Positions 15,099 through 22,079 of a stretch of DNA of 22,079 nucleotides are shown here, in pieces (the stretch's first letter is position 1; each line of letters starts with the position of its first letter). A model generated the notes under the pieces. The model was not told the origin of the DNA. It saw only the letters and a list, made by a program, of their open reading frames with translations, and did not search any database. The DNA comes from a virus (Duplodnaviria; Heunggongvirae; Uroviricota; Caudoviricetes), in IMG/VR virus record IMGVR_UViG_3300014519_000074; one strand, written 5' to 3'. A program made the translations under genes and the position numbers.

Positions 15099-15611
15099 TC
15101 AGTTTGCTCCCTGTAAACACCAGGCCATCTCCCGCGCACGGCGGTTATCCAGCCCCTGATTAAACACACCTTTTACATAAACCCAGCGCGGCAACTGTCG
15201 GCACGCATCCGCCCAGCGCCGCTGATTGAGCAATTTCACCAGCGTGGAGCTGCAGGCATTGCCTGTCCCCACGTTGAAGGCAAACGACACCACCGAGTCA
15301 TACACCTTTTGTGGCGGCTGTTGCTTCACACATCTTTCCAGCGCCCGCTCCACACGCAGCACGTTGGAGATAAGCCCTTCTGCTGCCTGTCGTTCCGTAA
15401 TGGTTTTGCCGGGAATGACGCCCGACGTATTACCAATGCCGTCAGTCCATACACCCGCGCTGCACTGATAGGGCTGCAGACGACAGCCTTCGTAATCGGC
15501 AATCAGTTTCAGTCCCTCCACGGAGGTGTGAAGCTGCTGAAAACCCGGCAGCGTGGCAGCAATAGCCAGCACGGTCCCGACAAGGCAGCGTTTAACGATT
15601 GATGGATTCAT
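15099..15611 (-). CDS. K: SAR-endolysin (T4-lysozyme-like muramidase, glycoside hydrolase family 24) with N-terminal signal-anchor-release domain
   Basis: N-terminal weakly hydrophobic Gly/Ala-rich segment (CLVGTVLAIAATLPGF) followed by an E-X8-C-X5-T catalytic arrangement (YEGCRLQPYQCSAGVWTDGIGNT); GGGAGGA upstream of the ATG; start overlaps the holin 3' end. Confidence 0.88.
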   Translation of the reverse strand: MNPSIVKRCLVGTVLAIAATLPGFQQLHTSVEGLKLIADYEGCRLQPYQCSAGVWTDGIGNTSGVIPGKTITERQAAEGLISNVLRVERALERCVKQQPPQKVYDSVVSFAFNVGTGNACSSTLVKLLNQRRWADACRQLPRWVYVKGVFNQGLDNRRAREMAWCLQGAN

Positions 15612-15807
15612 AGTCCTCCCGCGAGATCTGCCCGTCGCGCAGAAGCTGGTAGGCTTTGTGTTTGTAGTACCAGTTGATAGCCAGCATCAGCACACCAATC
15701 ATCAGGCCGCCCAGCGTTGAGGCATCCTTGATGGACAAATCGCCCAGCCAGACCAGCACAACGGCGATGCAGTACGTGATAAAGGCGCTGATTCGCTCAA
15801 GCGTCAT
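15592..15807 (-). CDS. Y: Holin (small two-TMD, pinholin-like)
   Basis: 71-aa protein with two hydrophobic helices and a charged C-terminus (KHKAYQLLRDGQISREDYESINR); immediately upstream of the SAR endolysin. Confidence 0.8.
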   Translation of the reverse strand: MTLERISAFITYCIAVVLVWLGDLSIKDASTLGGLMIGVLMLAINWYYKHKAYQLLRDGQISREDYESINR

Positions 15808-15810
15808 AAT

Positions 15811-16014
15811 TCAGTCCCATAGCTGGACGGTCTGCACGGTGGTGGTTGTCGGAATGTCCGGCAGCTCCACCTGCAGCCCGTGAGGTAAAAAGGGGCCATA
15901 TTCGGCAAGCCCCGGATTTGCCTTCAGTACCTGCTCCGTGACACCCTGCGTGCGCCCGTAATGACGCCAGCAAAGCGCGTCCACCGTGTCATACTGATGC
16001 GCACGCACTTTCAT
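15811..16014 (-). CDS. X: Tail protein X (LysM-like domain)
   Basis: 67-aa ORF MKVRAHQYDTVDALCWRHYGRTQGVTEQVLKANPGLAEYGPFLPHGLQVELPD..., colinear with P2 gpX. Confidence 0.85.
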   Translation of the reverse strand: MKVRAHQYDTVDALCWRHYGRTQGVTEQVLKANPGLAEYGPFLPHGLQVELPDIPTTTTVQTVQLWD

Positions 16015-16478
16015 CAGATAAGCTCCACTGTGCAGTGCGGCGCGTCCTGTACCCGGCTGATGGCCCAGCGGGCGTCACGCCATAAATCACCGCTGGCTTC
16101 CGCCAGTTCCTCGCCCCGCTTCACACCGGATGCCGTGGCGTCATAGTCCTGGTAACGTTCGTTGAGCATGGCGCGTGCCCAGCAGTAAACCGCGTTGAAA
16201 TAGTGCTGAATGCGCTCACTTTTGCCGTCCAGCTGTTCCGCCGGAACCTCTGCCAGCGAGGCATACCCCAGCATCTGCTGGCATCTGCGAAACTCATACA
16301 GCTCTGCGTTGACCTCCGAAATTGCCGACAGCGCAACCTGCTTTAAACGCGGCTGCGTCACCGTACCGTCAGTGCGCATCACACTGCGGAACTCCGACAG
16401 ATCCACATCAGGCCAGAACGGCGTATTCCTGATGATTTCCGCCTGTTCCGGTGCCTGTTCTGGCGCAACAAACTTCAT
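16014..16478 (-). CDS. L: Head completion/stabilisation protein L (ATG at 16478 preceded by AGGAG; ORF track begins at an upstream GTG at 16541)
   Basis: From MKFVAPEQAPEQAEIIRNTPFWPDVDLSEF...TVTQPRLKQ...ELWRDARWAISRVQDAPHCTVELI, colinear with P2 gpL; CTCAGGAGAAAGCAGC-ATG seen on the minus strand. Confidence 0.85.
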   Translation of the reverse strand: MKFVAPEQAPEQAEIIRNTPFWPDVDLSEFRSVMRTDGTVTQPRLKQVALSAISEVNAELYEFRRCQQMLGYASLAEVPAEQLDGKSERIQHYFNAVYCWARAMLNERYQDYDATASGVKRGEELAEASGDLWRDARWAISRVQDAPHCTVELI

Positions 16479-16573
16479 GCTGCTTTCTCCTGAGATAGAG
16501 GGCGGTGGACGGGGTTTTGATGTGGCAGTGCCTTTCGCCACCCCGTGCCGCCCGTGCGCGGGGGCACGTTCTG

Positions 16574-17224
16574 TCAGCGGCTGTCATTGCGCAGTCTGCG
16601 CTCCAGCTGCTGTTTGTCTTTTTTCACGCCACAGCGGGGATCGAGCTGTAACGCATGGTTGAGATGATTAAGGGCGGAAGCCGGATTACTTTCACTCAGG
16701 ACAGCGCCAATCGCTTTATGCAGACGCGCCCGTGACTGGTCCGGCATGTCCAGACCGTCTGTCAGCTCCAGCGTCTGCAGCAACAGATCGACATCAAAGC
16801 CGGTAGTGGCAAGCATTGCGCTCTGTGCCGCGTCTGCCATTTCCTCTGCCAGCACGGTTTGCACATTGCGGTTACCCAGCGGCATCACCCAGCCATGACG
16901 CAGGGCATGACGCCCGATCTCCAGCGCCCCGGCATAATCTCCGGCATCAATGCGCCACAGCATCACGTACATCAGCACGTCATCCTGTTGAGCGCCTCCG
17001 GCAGCCAGAACACCCTCTGCCCAGGCGGCGTATTTCGGCAGCAGCTCCACCTTGATTTCCGCTTTTTTGACCGTGGACTGAACGCCCTTGAGACGGCGGC
17101 GATCTTCCGCCAGTTGCAGCAGCATCAGGTCATAGCCCGACGCGTGGCGAACGCTGCCGCCCTCACGGGCGGCCTGTTCAGCCTGAACGCGCAGGCGATG
17201 CTGCCGTGCGGGACTCAGGCTCAT
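16574..17224 (-). CDS. M: Terminase small (endonuclease) subunit M
   Basis: 216-aa ORF MSLSPARQHRLRVQAEQAAREGGSVRHASGYDLMLLQLAEDRRRLKG...QDDVLMYVMLWRIDAGDYAGALEI..., colinear with P2 gpM. Confidence 0.88.
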   Translation of the reverse strand: MSLSPARQHRLRVQAEQAAREGGSVRHASGYDLMLLQLAEDRRRLKGVQSTVKKAEIKVELLPKYAAWAEGVLAAGGAQQDDVLMYVMLWRIDAGDYAGALEIGRHALRHGWVMPLGNRNVQTVLAEEMADAAQSAMLATTGFDVDLLLQTLELTDGLDMPDQSRARLHKAIGAVLSESNPASALNHLNHALQLDPRCGVKKDKQQLERRLRNDSR

Positions 17225-17227
17225 GAA

Positions 17228-18286
17228 TTACGCTCCGGTTTCTGCTGCGGCGGCGCTAAAATCGCCAATCTGGATGTTTTCCACCAGTGCAGCGCAGCGG
17301 TAGTCCTCAACCACATAGGCTTCGTTAACGGATTCAAAGTTTTCAATCCGGTCACGTTTCGGGTTGTCGATAACTGAACGGCGGCGGGTGTCTTCCTGCC
17401 AGTAAATGGACAGGTTATCCAGACGGGTGATCAGCAGTGCATTCGGCGGGAAGAACGGCGCACGCACGGCCTGCAGGCCACCCATGCGTTTCTGACTGAT
17501 GATCATATCGGCAGCCAGTTTTTCACTGTTTTCCTGCTCTTTGTTGACCAGCGGGAAATACTTGTCAGACAGCAGTTCACGACCGCAAATCACCACCAGA
17601 TCGTCATCGTCCTGGTAGACCACGTCGATAAGCTCATTGACGGCATCCATCACCACAGCGTCCAGGTTGGCATATTCGCCACCTTTACCGACTTTCACCG
17701 CGCCCGGTGTGGTTTCACCGCCCGTGGTGGTGCTGCCCATAACGTGATCCGGTGCATCCTCACGGATTTTCTGCAGCCAGCCTTTGTTCACATCCTGCAG
17801 CAGCGGGTTTTCACTACGGTTGGAGGTTTTCGCACGCTTCACGCCGTTAAAGCCGATCATGATGCGGTCCAGTGCCTGACGTTTCACGATGGCGTCACGG
17901 ATACGCACCTGGAAATCCTGAAACTTCGCCCACAGGTCCAGCTTCGCGTAGGTCAGTACCGTGTCAAAGTTGGTCTGCTCGCATTTATATTCCACATCGA
18001 CCATCAGCGTCGGATCGACAGGTTCACGCTCTTTCGCGGTGGTATCAGTGGTTCCGGCAATGGTGCTGCCAACTCCCAACCCCAGCAGCTGACCGGACTG
18101 CTCAGTCACTGGCGTGACGTTAATCAGCGTCAGGAAAGCGGCGGACTGCTGGATCTGGTCTTCCAATGTCTGCTGCACGGACGGCTCTACGGTGAACTTG
18201 CTGGACAGTTCTTCAACTGCCACACCGTTCAGACGCGCCAGTTGCTGCAGATAAGCGTTAAAAGCAAAGCGGGTATTCTTCTTCAT
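17228..18286 (-). CDS. N: Major capsid protein N
   Basis: 352-aa ORF MKKNTRFAFNAYLQQLARLNGVAVEELSSKFTVEPSVQQTLEDQIQQSAAFLTLINV...YVVEDYRCAALVENIQIGDFS, colinear with P2 gpN over the full length. Confidence 0.93.
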   Translation of the reverse strand: MKKNTRFAFNAYLQQLARLNGVAVEELSSKFTVEPSVQQTLEDQIQQSAAFLTLINVTPVTEQSGQLLGLGVGSTIAGTTDTTAKEREPVDPTLMVDVEYKCEQTNFDTVLTYAKLDLWAKFQDFQVRIRDAIVKRQALDRIMIGFNGVKRAKTSNRSENPLLQDVNKGWLQKIREDAPDHVMGSTTTGGETTPGAVKVGKGGEYANLDAVVMDAVNELIDVVYQDDDDLVVICGRELLSDKYFPLVNKEQENSEKLAADMIISQKRMGGLQAVRAPFFPPNALLITRLDNLSIYWQEDTRRRSVIDNPKRDRIENFESVNEAYVVEDYRCAALVENIQIGDFSAAAAETGA

Positions 18287-18302
18287 CAGGTTTTGTGCTC
18301 CA

Positions 18303-19136
18303 TCAGCAATTGGTCAGAGTGTCAGCGGGGGCGTTACCGCCTGTTGCACGCTGGCGGTAGTCCTGGCGGCTGTCTTCATGGCTCAGCTTGTCCACCAGTT
18401 CGTTAAAGGCGGTCTGCTGTGCCTGCAGGGCAGTCTCCAGCTCAGACAGGCGTTCTTCCTGCTCAGACAGGGATTTTTCGGTGCGCGCACTCAGGTTCTG
18501 CTGCTCAGTGGCGACCAGTTCCACGGCCTTATGCACATCAGAGAACCGGGCGTCATCGGACTGCTCTTTTTTGGTGAACAGCGCCGTGACACGGGCAAAC
18601 AGGGACGGTTTGTCATCCTGGATTTCTTCCAGTTCGATCACCGTTTCCTCTGCAGCGGTAAAAAGATTGGCGGGATTCTGCTTGCGGTTTGCCAGCGGGT
18701 TATGGGCTGCACTGGCGCTGAATGTCAGCATTTCAGTGCCCAGACTGGCAGGGTCATCAGTGGCAGCCAGGCCGACCAGGTAGGCTTTGCCCGTATCAGC
18801 GAACTTCGGGCTAACTTCCATAGATGTGAATAATTTCTGGCCTTTTTTCACCAGTTCCACCAGGGACTCCGTTGGCTCAACGTCGGCATACAGCGCCATC
18901 TTGCCTGCCAGCGGACCTTCCTTGATTTCTTCAGCAAACAGCGCCGTCACCTTGCCGTAGCGGTTAAAGGTGCTGTCCGGCAGATAAGACTTGATGTGCT
19001 CAAGGTTAATCAGCGCGGTATACACCGCCGGGTTGTAGCTGGCTGCCATCTGTTCCAGCCATTCACGCTGGATTTCGCGTCCGTCGGTGGTGGCACCTTC
19101 CACCCCGATGCGAAAACGCTTTGCTTTCACTGTCAT
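18303..19136 (-). CDS. O: Capsid scaffolding protein O
   Basis: 277-aa ORF MTVKAKRFRIGVEGATTDGREIQREWLEQMAASYNPAVY...SMEVSPKFADTGKAYLVGLAATDDPASLGTE...; matches the P2 gpO pattern. Confidence 0.9.
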   Translation of the reverse strand: MTVKAKRFRIGVEGATTDGREIQREWLEQMAASYNPAVYTALINLEHIKSYLPDSTFNRYGKVTALFAEEIKEGPLAGKMALYADVEPTESLVELVKKGQKLFTSMEVSPKFADTGKAYLVGLAATDDPASLGTEMLTFSASAAHNPLANRKQNPANLFTAAEETVIELEEIQDDKPSLFARVTALFTKKEQSDDARFSDVHKAVELVATEQQNLSARTEKSLSEQEERLSELETALQAQQTAFNELVDKLSHEDSRQDYRQRATGGNAPADTLTNC

Positions 19137-19214
19137 GAGCCGTGCTCCGTTAGAAAAAACTTACTGGAGCCTTATGGTTGCGGTGATGGGGGCAGTGAAA
19201 CAATGCGCGGTATT

Positions 19215-19232
19215 TGTACCGACAACCACACA
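19215..19232. promoter_or_regulatory. Candidate Ogr-type site (TGTACCGACAACCACACA) in the divergent O / P late promoter region
   Basis: TGT-N12-ACA dyad in the 142-bp O-P intergenic region; a second such motif lies at 19273..19290, overlapping the P start codon. Confidence 0.4.
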
Positions 19233-19278
19233 AACCGCAGGCGGGGAAAGCCTTCATTCAAGGTTGTAGGTTTGTGCC

Positions 19279-21045
19279 ATGAACACCACACTGACACCCG
19301 CAGATCTCGATCCCCGTCGGCAGGCCATGCTGCTGTACTTTCAGGGATACCGCGTAGCCCGCATTGCTGAAATGCTGGGCGAGAAAGTTGCAACCGTTCA
19401 CAGCTGGAAAAAACGCGACAAGTGGGGTGACTATGGGCCGCTGGATCAGATGCAGCTCACCACCGCCGCACGCTACTGCCAGCTCATCATGAAGGAGCAC
19501 AAAGAAGGGAAAGATTTCAAAGAGATTGACCTGCTGGCGCGCCAGTCGGAGCGCCACGCGCGGATCGGCAAGTTTAACAATGGCGGCAACGAAGCCGACT
19601 TAAACCCTAACGTCGCCAACCGCAATAAAGGCCCACGCCGTCAGCCGGAAAAGAATGTTTTCACCGATGAGCAGATTGAGAAGCTGGAAGAAATCTTCCA
19701 TTCCTCCATGTTCAACTACCAGCGCCACTGGTGGGAAGCCGGAAAAACCAACCGCATCCGCAACCTGCTGAAGTCACGCCAGATCGGCGCGACCTTTTAC
19801 TTTGCCCGTGAAGCCCTGATTGACGCCCTGCTTACCGGACGTAACCAGATTTTCCTTTCCGCCAGCAAGGCACAGGCCCACGTCTTTAAGCAGTACATCA
19901 TCGACTTCGCCAAAGAAGTGGGGGTGGAGTTGAAAGGCGATCCGATGGTGCTTCCTAACGGGGCCACGCTTTACTTCCTCGGCACCAATGCCCGCACGGC
20001 CCAGAGTTATCACGGCAACCTGTATCTGGATGAATATTTCTGGATACCGAAATTCCAGGAGCTGCGCAAAGTGGCTTCCGGTATGGCTATTCACAAAAAA
20101 TGGCGACAAACCTATTTTTCCACGCCATCCAGCCTGACACACAGTGCTTATCCGTTCTGGTCCGGTGCGCTGTTCAACCGTGGGCGCAACAAGGCCGACA
20201 AGGTGGACATCGACCTGTCCCACAGCAATCTGGCCCCCGGCCTGCTGTGCGCAGACGGGCAATACCGCCAGATAGTCACCGTGGAAGATGCGGTGCGCGG
20301 CGGCTGTAACCTGTTCGACCTTGACCAGTTGCGCATGGAGTACAGCCCGGACGAATACCAGAACCTGCTGATGTGCGAGTTTGTGGACGATCTCGCGTCC
20401 GTATTTCCGCTCAGCGAGCTGCAGGCGTGCATGGTGGACAGCTGGGAAGTCTGGACCGACTTTCATGCACTGGCTCTGCGCCCGTTTGGCTGGCGCGAAG
20501 TGTGGATCGGTTATGACCCGGCAAAAGGTACGCAAAACGGCGACAGCGCCGGATGCGTGGTGGTGGCACCGCCAGCCGTGCCTGGTGGTAAGTTCCGCAT
20601 TCTTGAGCGTCACCAGTGGCGCGGGATGGACTTCCGCGCCCAGGCTGACGCCATCAAAAAACTGACCGAACAGTACAACGTGACCTATATCGGTATCGAC
20701 TCAACCGGCGTTGGTCACGGGGTTTATGAGAACGTGAAAGCGTTCTTTCCTGCCGTCCGGGAGTTTGTCTACAACCCCAATGTTAAAAACGCCCTGGTAC
20801 TCAAGGCCTACGACATTATCAGCCACCGCCGTCTGGAGTTTGACGCCGGGCACACCGACATTGCGCAGTCATTTATGGCAATCCGTCGCGCTACCACTGC
20901 CAGTGGCAACCGCCCGACCTATGAAGCCAGCCGCAGCGAAGAAGCCAGCCATGCCGATCTGGCCTGGGCAACAATGCACGCACTGTTTAACGAACCGCTG
21001 CAGGGCGAGTCCGCCAATACCAGCAATATTGTGGAGATTTTTTGA
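19279..21045 (+). CDS. P: Terminase large (ATPase) subunit P
   Basis: 588-aa ORF; ...LKSRQIGATFYFAREALIDALLTGRNQIFLSASKAQAHVFKQYIIDFA... (Walker-A-like QIGAT) ...SRSEEASHADLAWATMHAL..., colinear with P2 gpP. Confidence 0.93.
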   Translation: MNTTLTPADLDPRRQAMLLYFQGYRVARIAEMLGEKVATVHSWKKRDKWGDYGPLDQMQLTTAARYCQLIMKEHKEGKDFKEIDLLARQSERHARIGKFNNGGNEADLNPNVANRNKGPRRQPEKNVFTDEQIEKLEEIFHSSMFNYQRHWWEAGKTNRIRNLLKSRQIGATFYFAREALIDALLTGRNQIFLSASKAQAHVFKQYIIDFAKEVGVELKGDPMVLPNGATLYFLGTNARTAQSYHGNLYLDEYFWIPKFQELRKVASGMAIHKKWRQTYFSTPSSLTHSAYPFWSGALFNRGRNKADKVDIDLSHSNLAPGLLCADGQYRQIVTVEDAVRGGCNLFDLDQLRMEYSPDEYQNLLMCEFVDDLASVFPLSELQACMVDSWEVWTDFHALALRPFGWREVWIGYDPAKGTQNGDSAGCVVVAPPAVPGGKFRILERHQWRGMDFRAQADAIKKLTEQYNVTYIGIDSTGVGHGVYENVKAFFPAVREFVYNPNVKNALVLKAYDIISHRRLEFDAGHTDIAQSFMAIRRATTASGNRPTYEASRSEEASHADLAWATMHALFNEPLQGESANTSNIVEIF

Positions 21046-22079
21046 TGGGAAAGAGTAAGAAGAACCGCGCTGCGTCGACGAAACAGATCCAGCATAAAAG
21101 CCAGACTTCAGCCGAAGCATTCAGCTTCGGTGATCCCGTTCCTGTTCTGGACCGCCGCGAACTGCTGGACTATGTGGAATGCGTACAGATGGAGTGTTGG
21201 TACGAGCCACCCGTAAGTTTTGACGGACTGGCGCGCACCTTCCGGGCTGCCGTGCATCACAGTTCCCCGATTGCAGTAAAGTGCAACATTCTGACCAGTA
21301 CCTATATCCCTCATCCGCTGCTCAGCCAACAGGCTTTTTCGCGTTTTGTACAGGACTATCTGGTATTTGGTAACGCCTACCTGGAGAAACGCACGAACCG
21401 ATTCGGTGAAGTTATCGCCCTTGAGCCTGCGCTGGCAAAATACACCCGACGCGGGTTAGACCTGGATACCTACTGGTTTGTGCAATACGGTATGACAACC
21501 CAGCCGTATCAGTTCACGAAAGGCAGCATTTTTCAGCTGATGGAACCGGACATCAACCAGGAGATCTACGGCCTGCCCGGCTATCTTTCTGCCATCCCAT
21601 CCGCTTTGCTCAACGAGTCCGCCACGCTGTTCCGCCGCAAGTATTACATTAACGGCAGTCATGCCGGCTTCATCATGTACATGACCGATGCCGCGCAGAA
21701 CCAGGAGGATGTGAACAACCTCCGCAACGCAATGAAAAGCGCCAAAGGTCCGGGTAACTTCCGCAATCTGTTTATGTACTCGCCTAATGGTAAAAAAGAC
21801 GGACTTCAGATTATCCCGTTGTCAGAAGTCGCAGCGAAGGATGAATTTCTGAATATCAAAAATGTTAGTCGCGATGACATGATGGCAGCACACCGCGTGC
21901 CGCCACAGATGATGGGGATAATGCCAAATAATGTTGGGGGGTTTGGGGATGTGGAGAAGGCAAGTAATGTATTTGTACGCAATGAACTAATACCATTGCA
22001 AAAAAGATTTGAAGAGTTAAATGTTTGGTTAAAAGAAAAAGTGATACAGTTCGAAGAATATAAACTTCATTCAAATTAG
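21045..22079 (+). CDS. Q: Portal (capsid vertex) protein Q (ATG at 21045; ORF track starts at an in-frame TTG at 21042)
   Basis: 344-aa product MGKSKKNR...AEAFSFGDPVPVLDRRELLDYVE...NESATLFRRKYYINGSHAGFIMYMTDA...VFVRNELIPLQ..., colinear with P2 gpQ; the stop codon is the last three bases of the window. Confidence 0.93.
   Translation: MGKSKKNRAASTKQIQHKSQTSAEAFSFGDPVPVLDRRELLDYVECVQMECWYEPPVSFDGLARTFRAAVHHSSPIAVKCNILTSTYIPHPLLSQQAFSRFVQDYLVFGNAYLEKRTNRFGEVIALEPALAKYTRRGLDLDTYWFVQYGMTTQPYQFTKGSIFQLMEPDINQEIYGLPGYLSAIPSALLNESATLFRRKYYINGSHAGFIMYMTDAAQNQEDVNNLRNAMKSAKGPGNFRNLFMYSPNGKKDGLQIIPLSEVAAKDEFLNIKNVSRDDMMAAHRVPPQMMGIMPNNVGGFGDVEKASNVFVRNELIPLQKRFEELNVWLKEKVIQFEEYKLHSN

Noticed and set aside
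19774-20613. 279-aa minus-strand ORF inside the terminase P gene
   Set aside because: Antisense shadow ORF within a strongly supported plus-strand terminase gene.
1-22079. CRISPR arrays, tRNA/rRNA genes, insertion sequences
   Set aside because: No short direct repeats with regular spacers, no cloverleaf-like or rRNA-like segments and no transposase-like ORFs were seen; the only recombinase is the serine invertase.

Overview
The window is almost the entire late (morphogenetic and lysis) region of a P2-like myovirus prophage, from ogr to the portal gene Q, with the late operons on the minus strand and the terminase/portal pair P-Q on the plus strand. The calls rest on reading the ORF translations against remembered P2-family proteins and on motifs seen directly in the DNA; no database search was run. 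Order along the window: ogr, D, U, T (tape measure), E/E' (-1 frameshift), FII (tube), a split FI (sheath), an invertible tail-fibre cassette with a Gin/Pin/Cin/Hin-family serine invertase, H (constant part), I, J, W, V, S, R, lysC/lysB/lysA, SAR-endolysin, holin, X, L, M, N, O, then P and Q. The main finding is a ~3.6 kb inversion (about 6195..9787) with one endpoint at the invertase crossover site inside tail-fibre gene H and the other inside sheath gene FI. As a result FI is split into a 5' part on the plus strand (8835..9797) and a 3' part on the minus strand (5975..6195), and H ends in a junction-derived stop, uncoupled from both C-terminal cassettes. Inverting that interval on paper restores an intact FI, an in-frame H-Sv fusion and a canonical Mu G-segment-like arrangement. 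Secondary observations include the E/E' slippery heptamer, TGT-N12-ACA Ogr-type motifs in late-promoter positions, a SAR-endolysin lysis cassette with embedded spanins, and AT-rich patches in the fibre cassettes and at the 3' end of Q.
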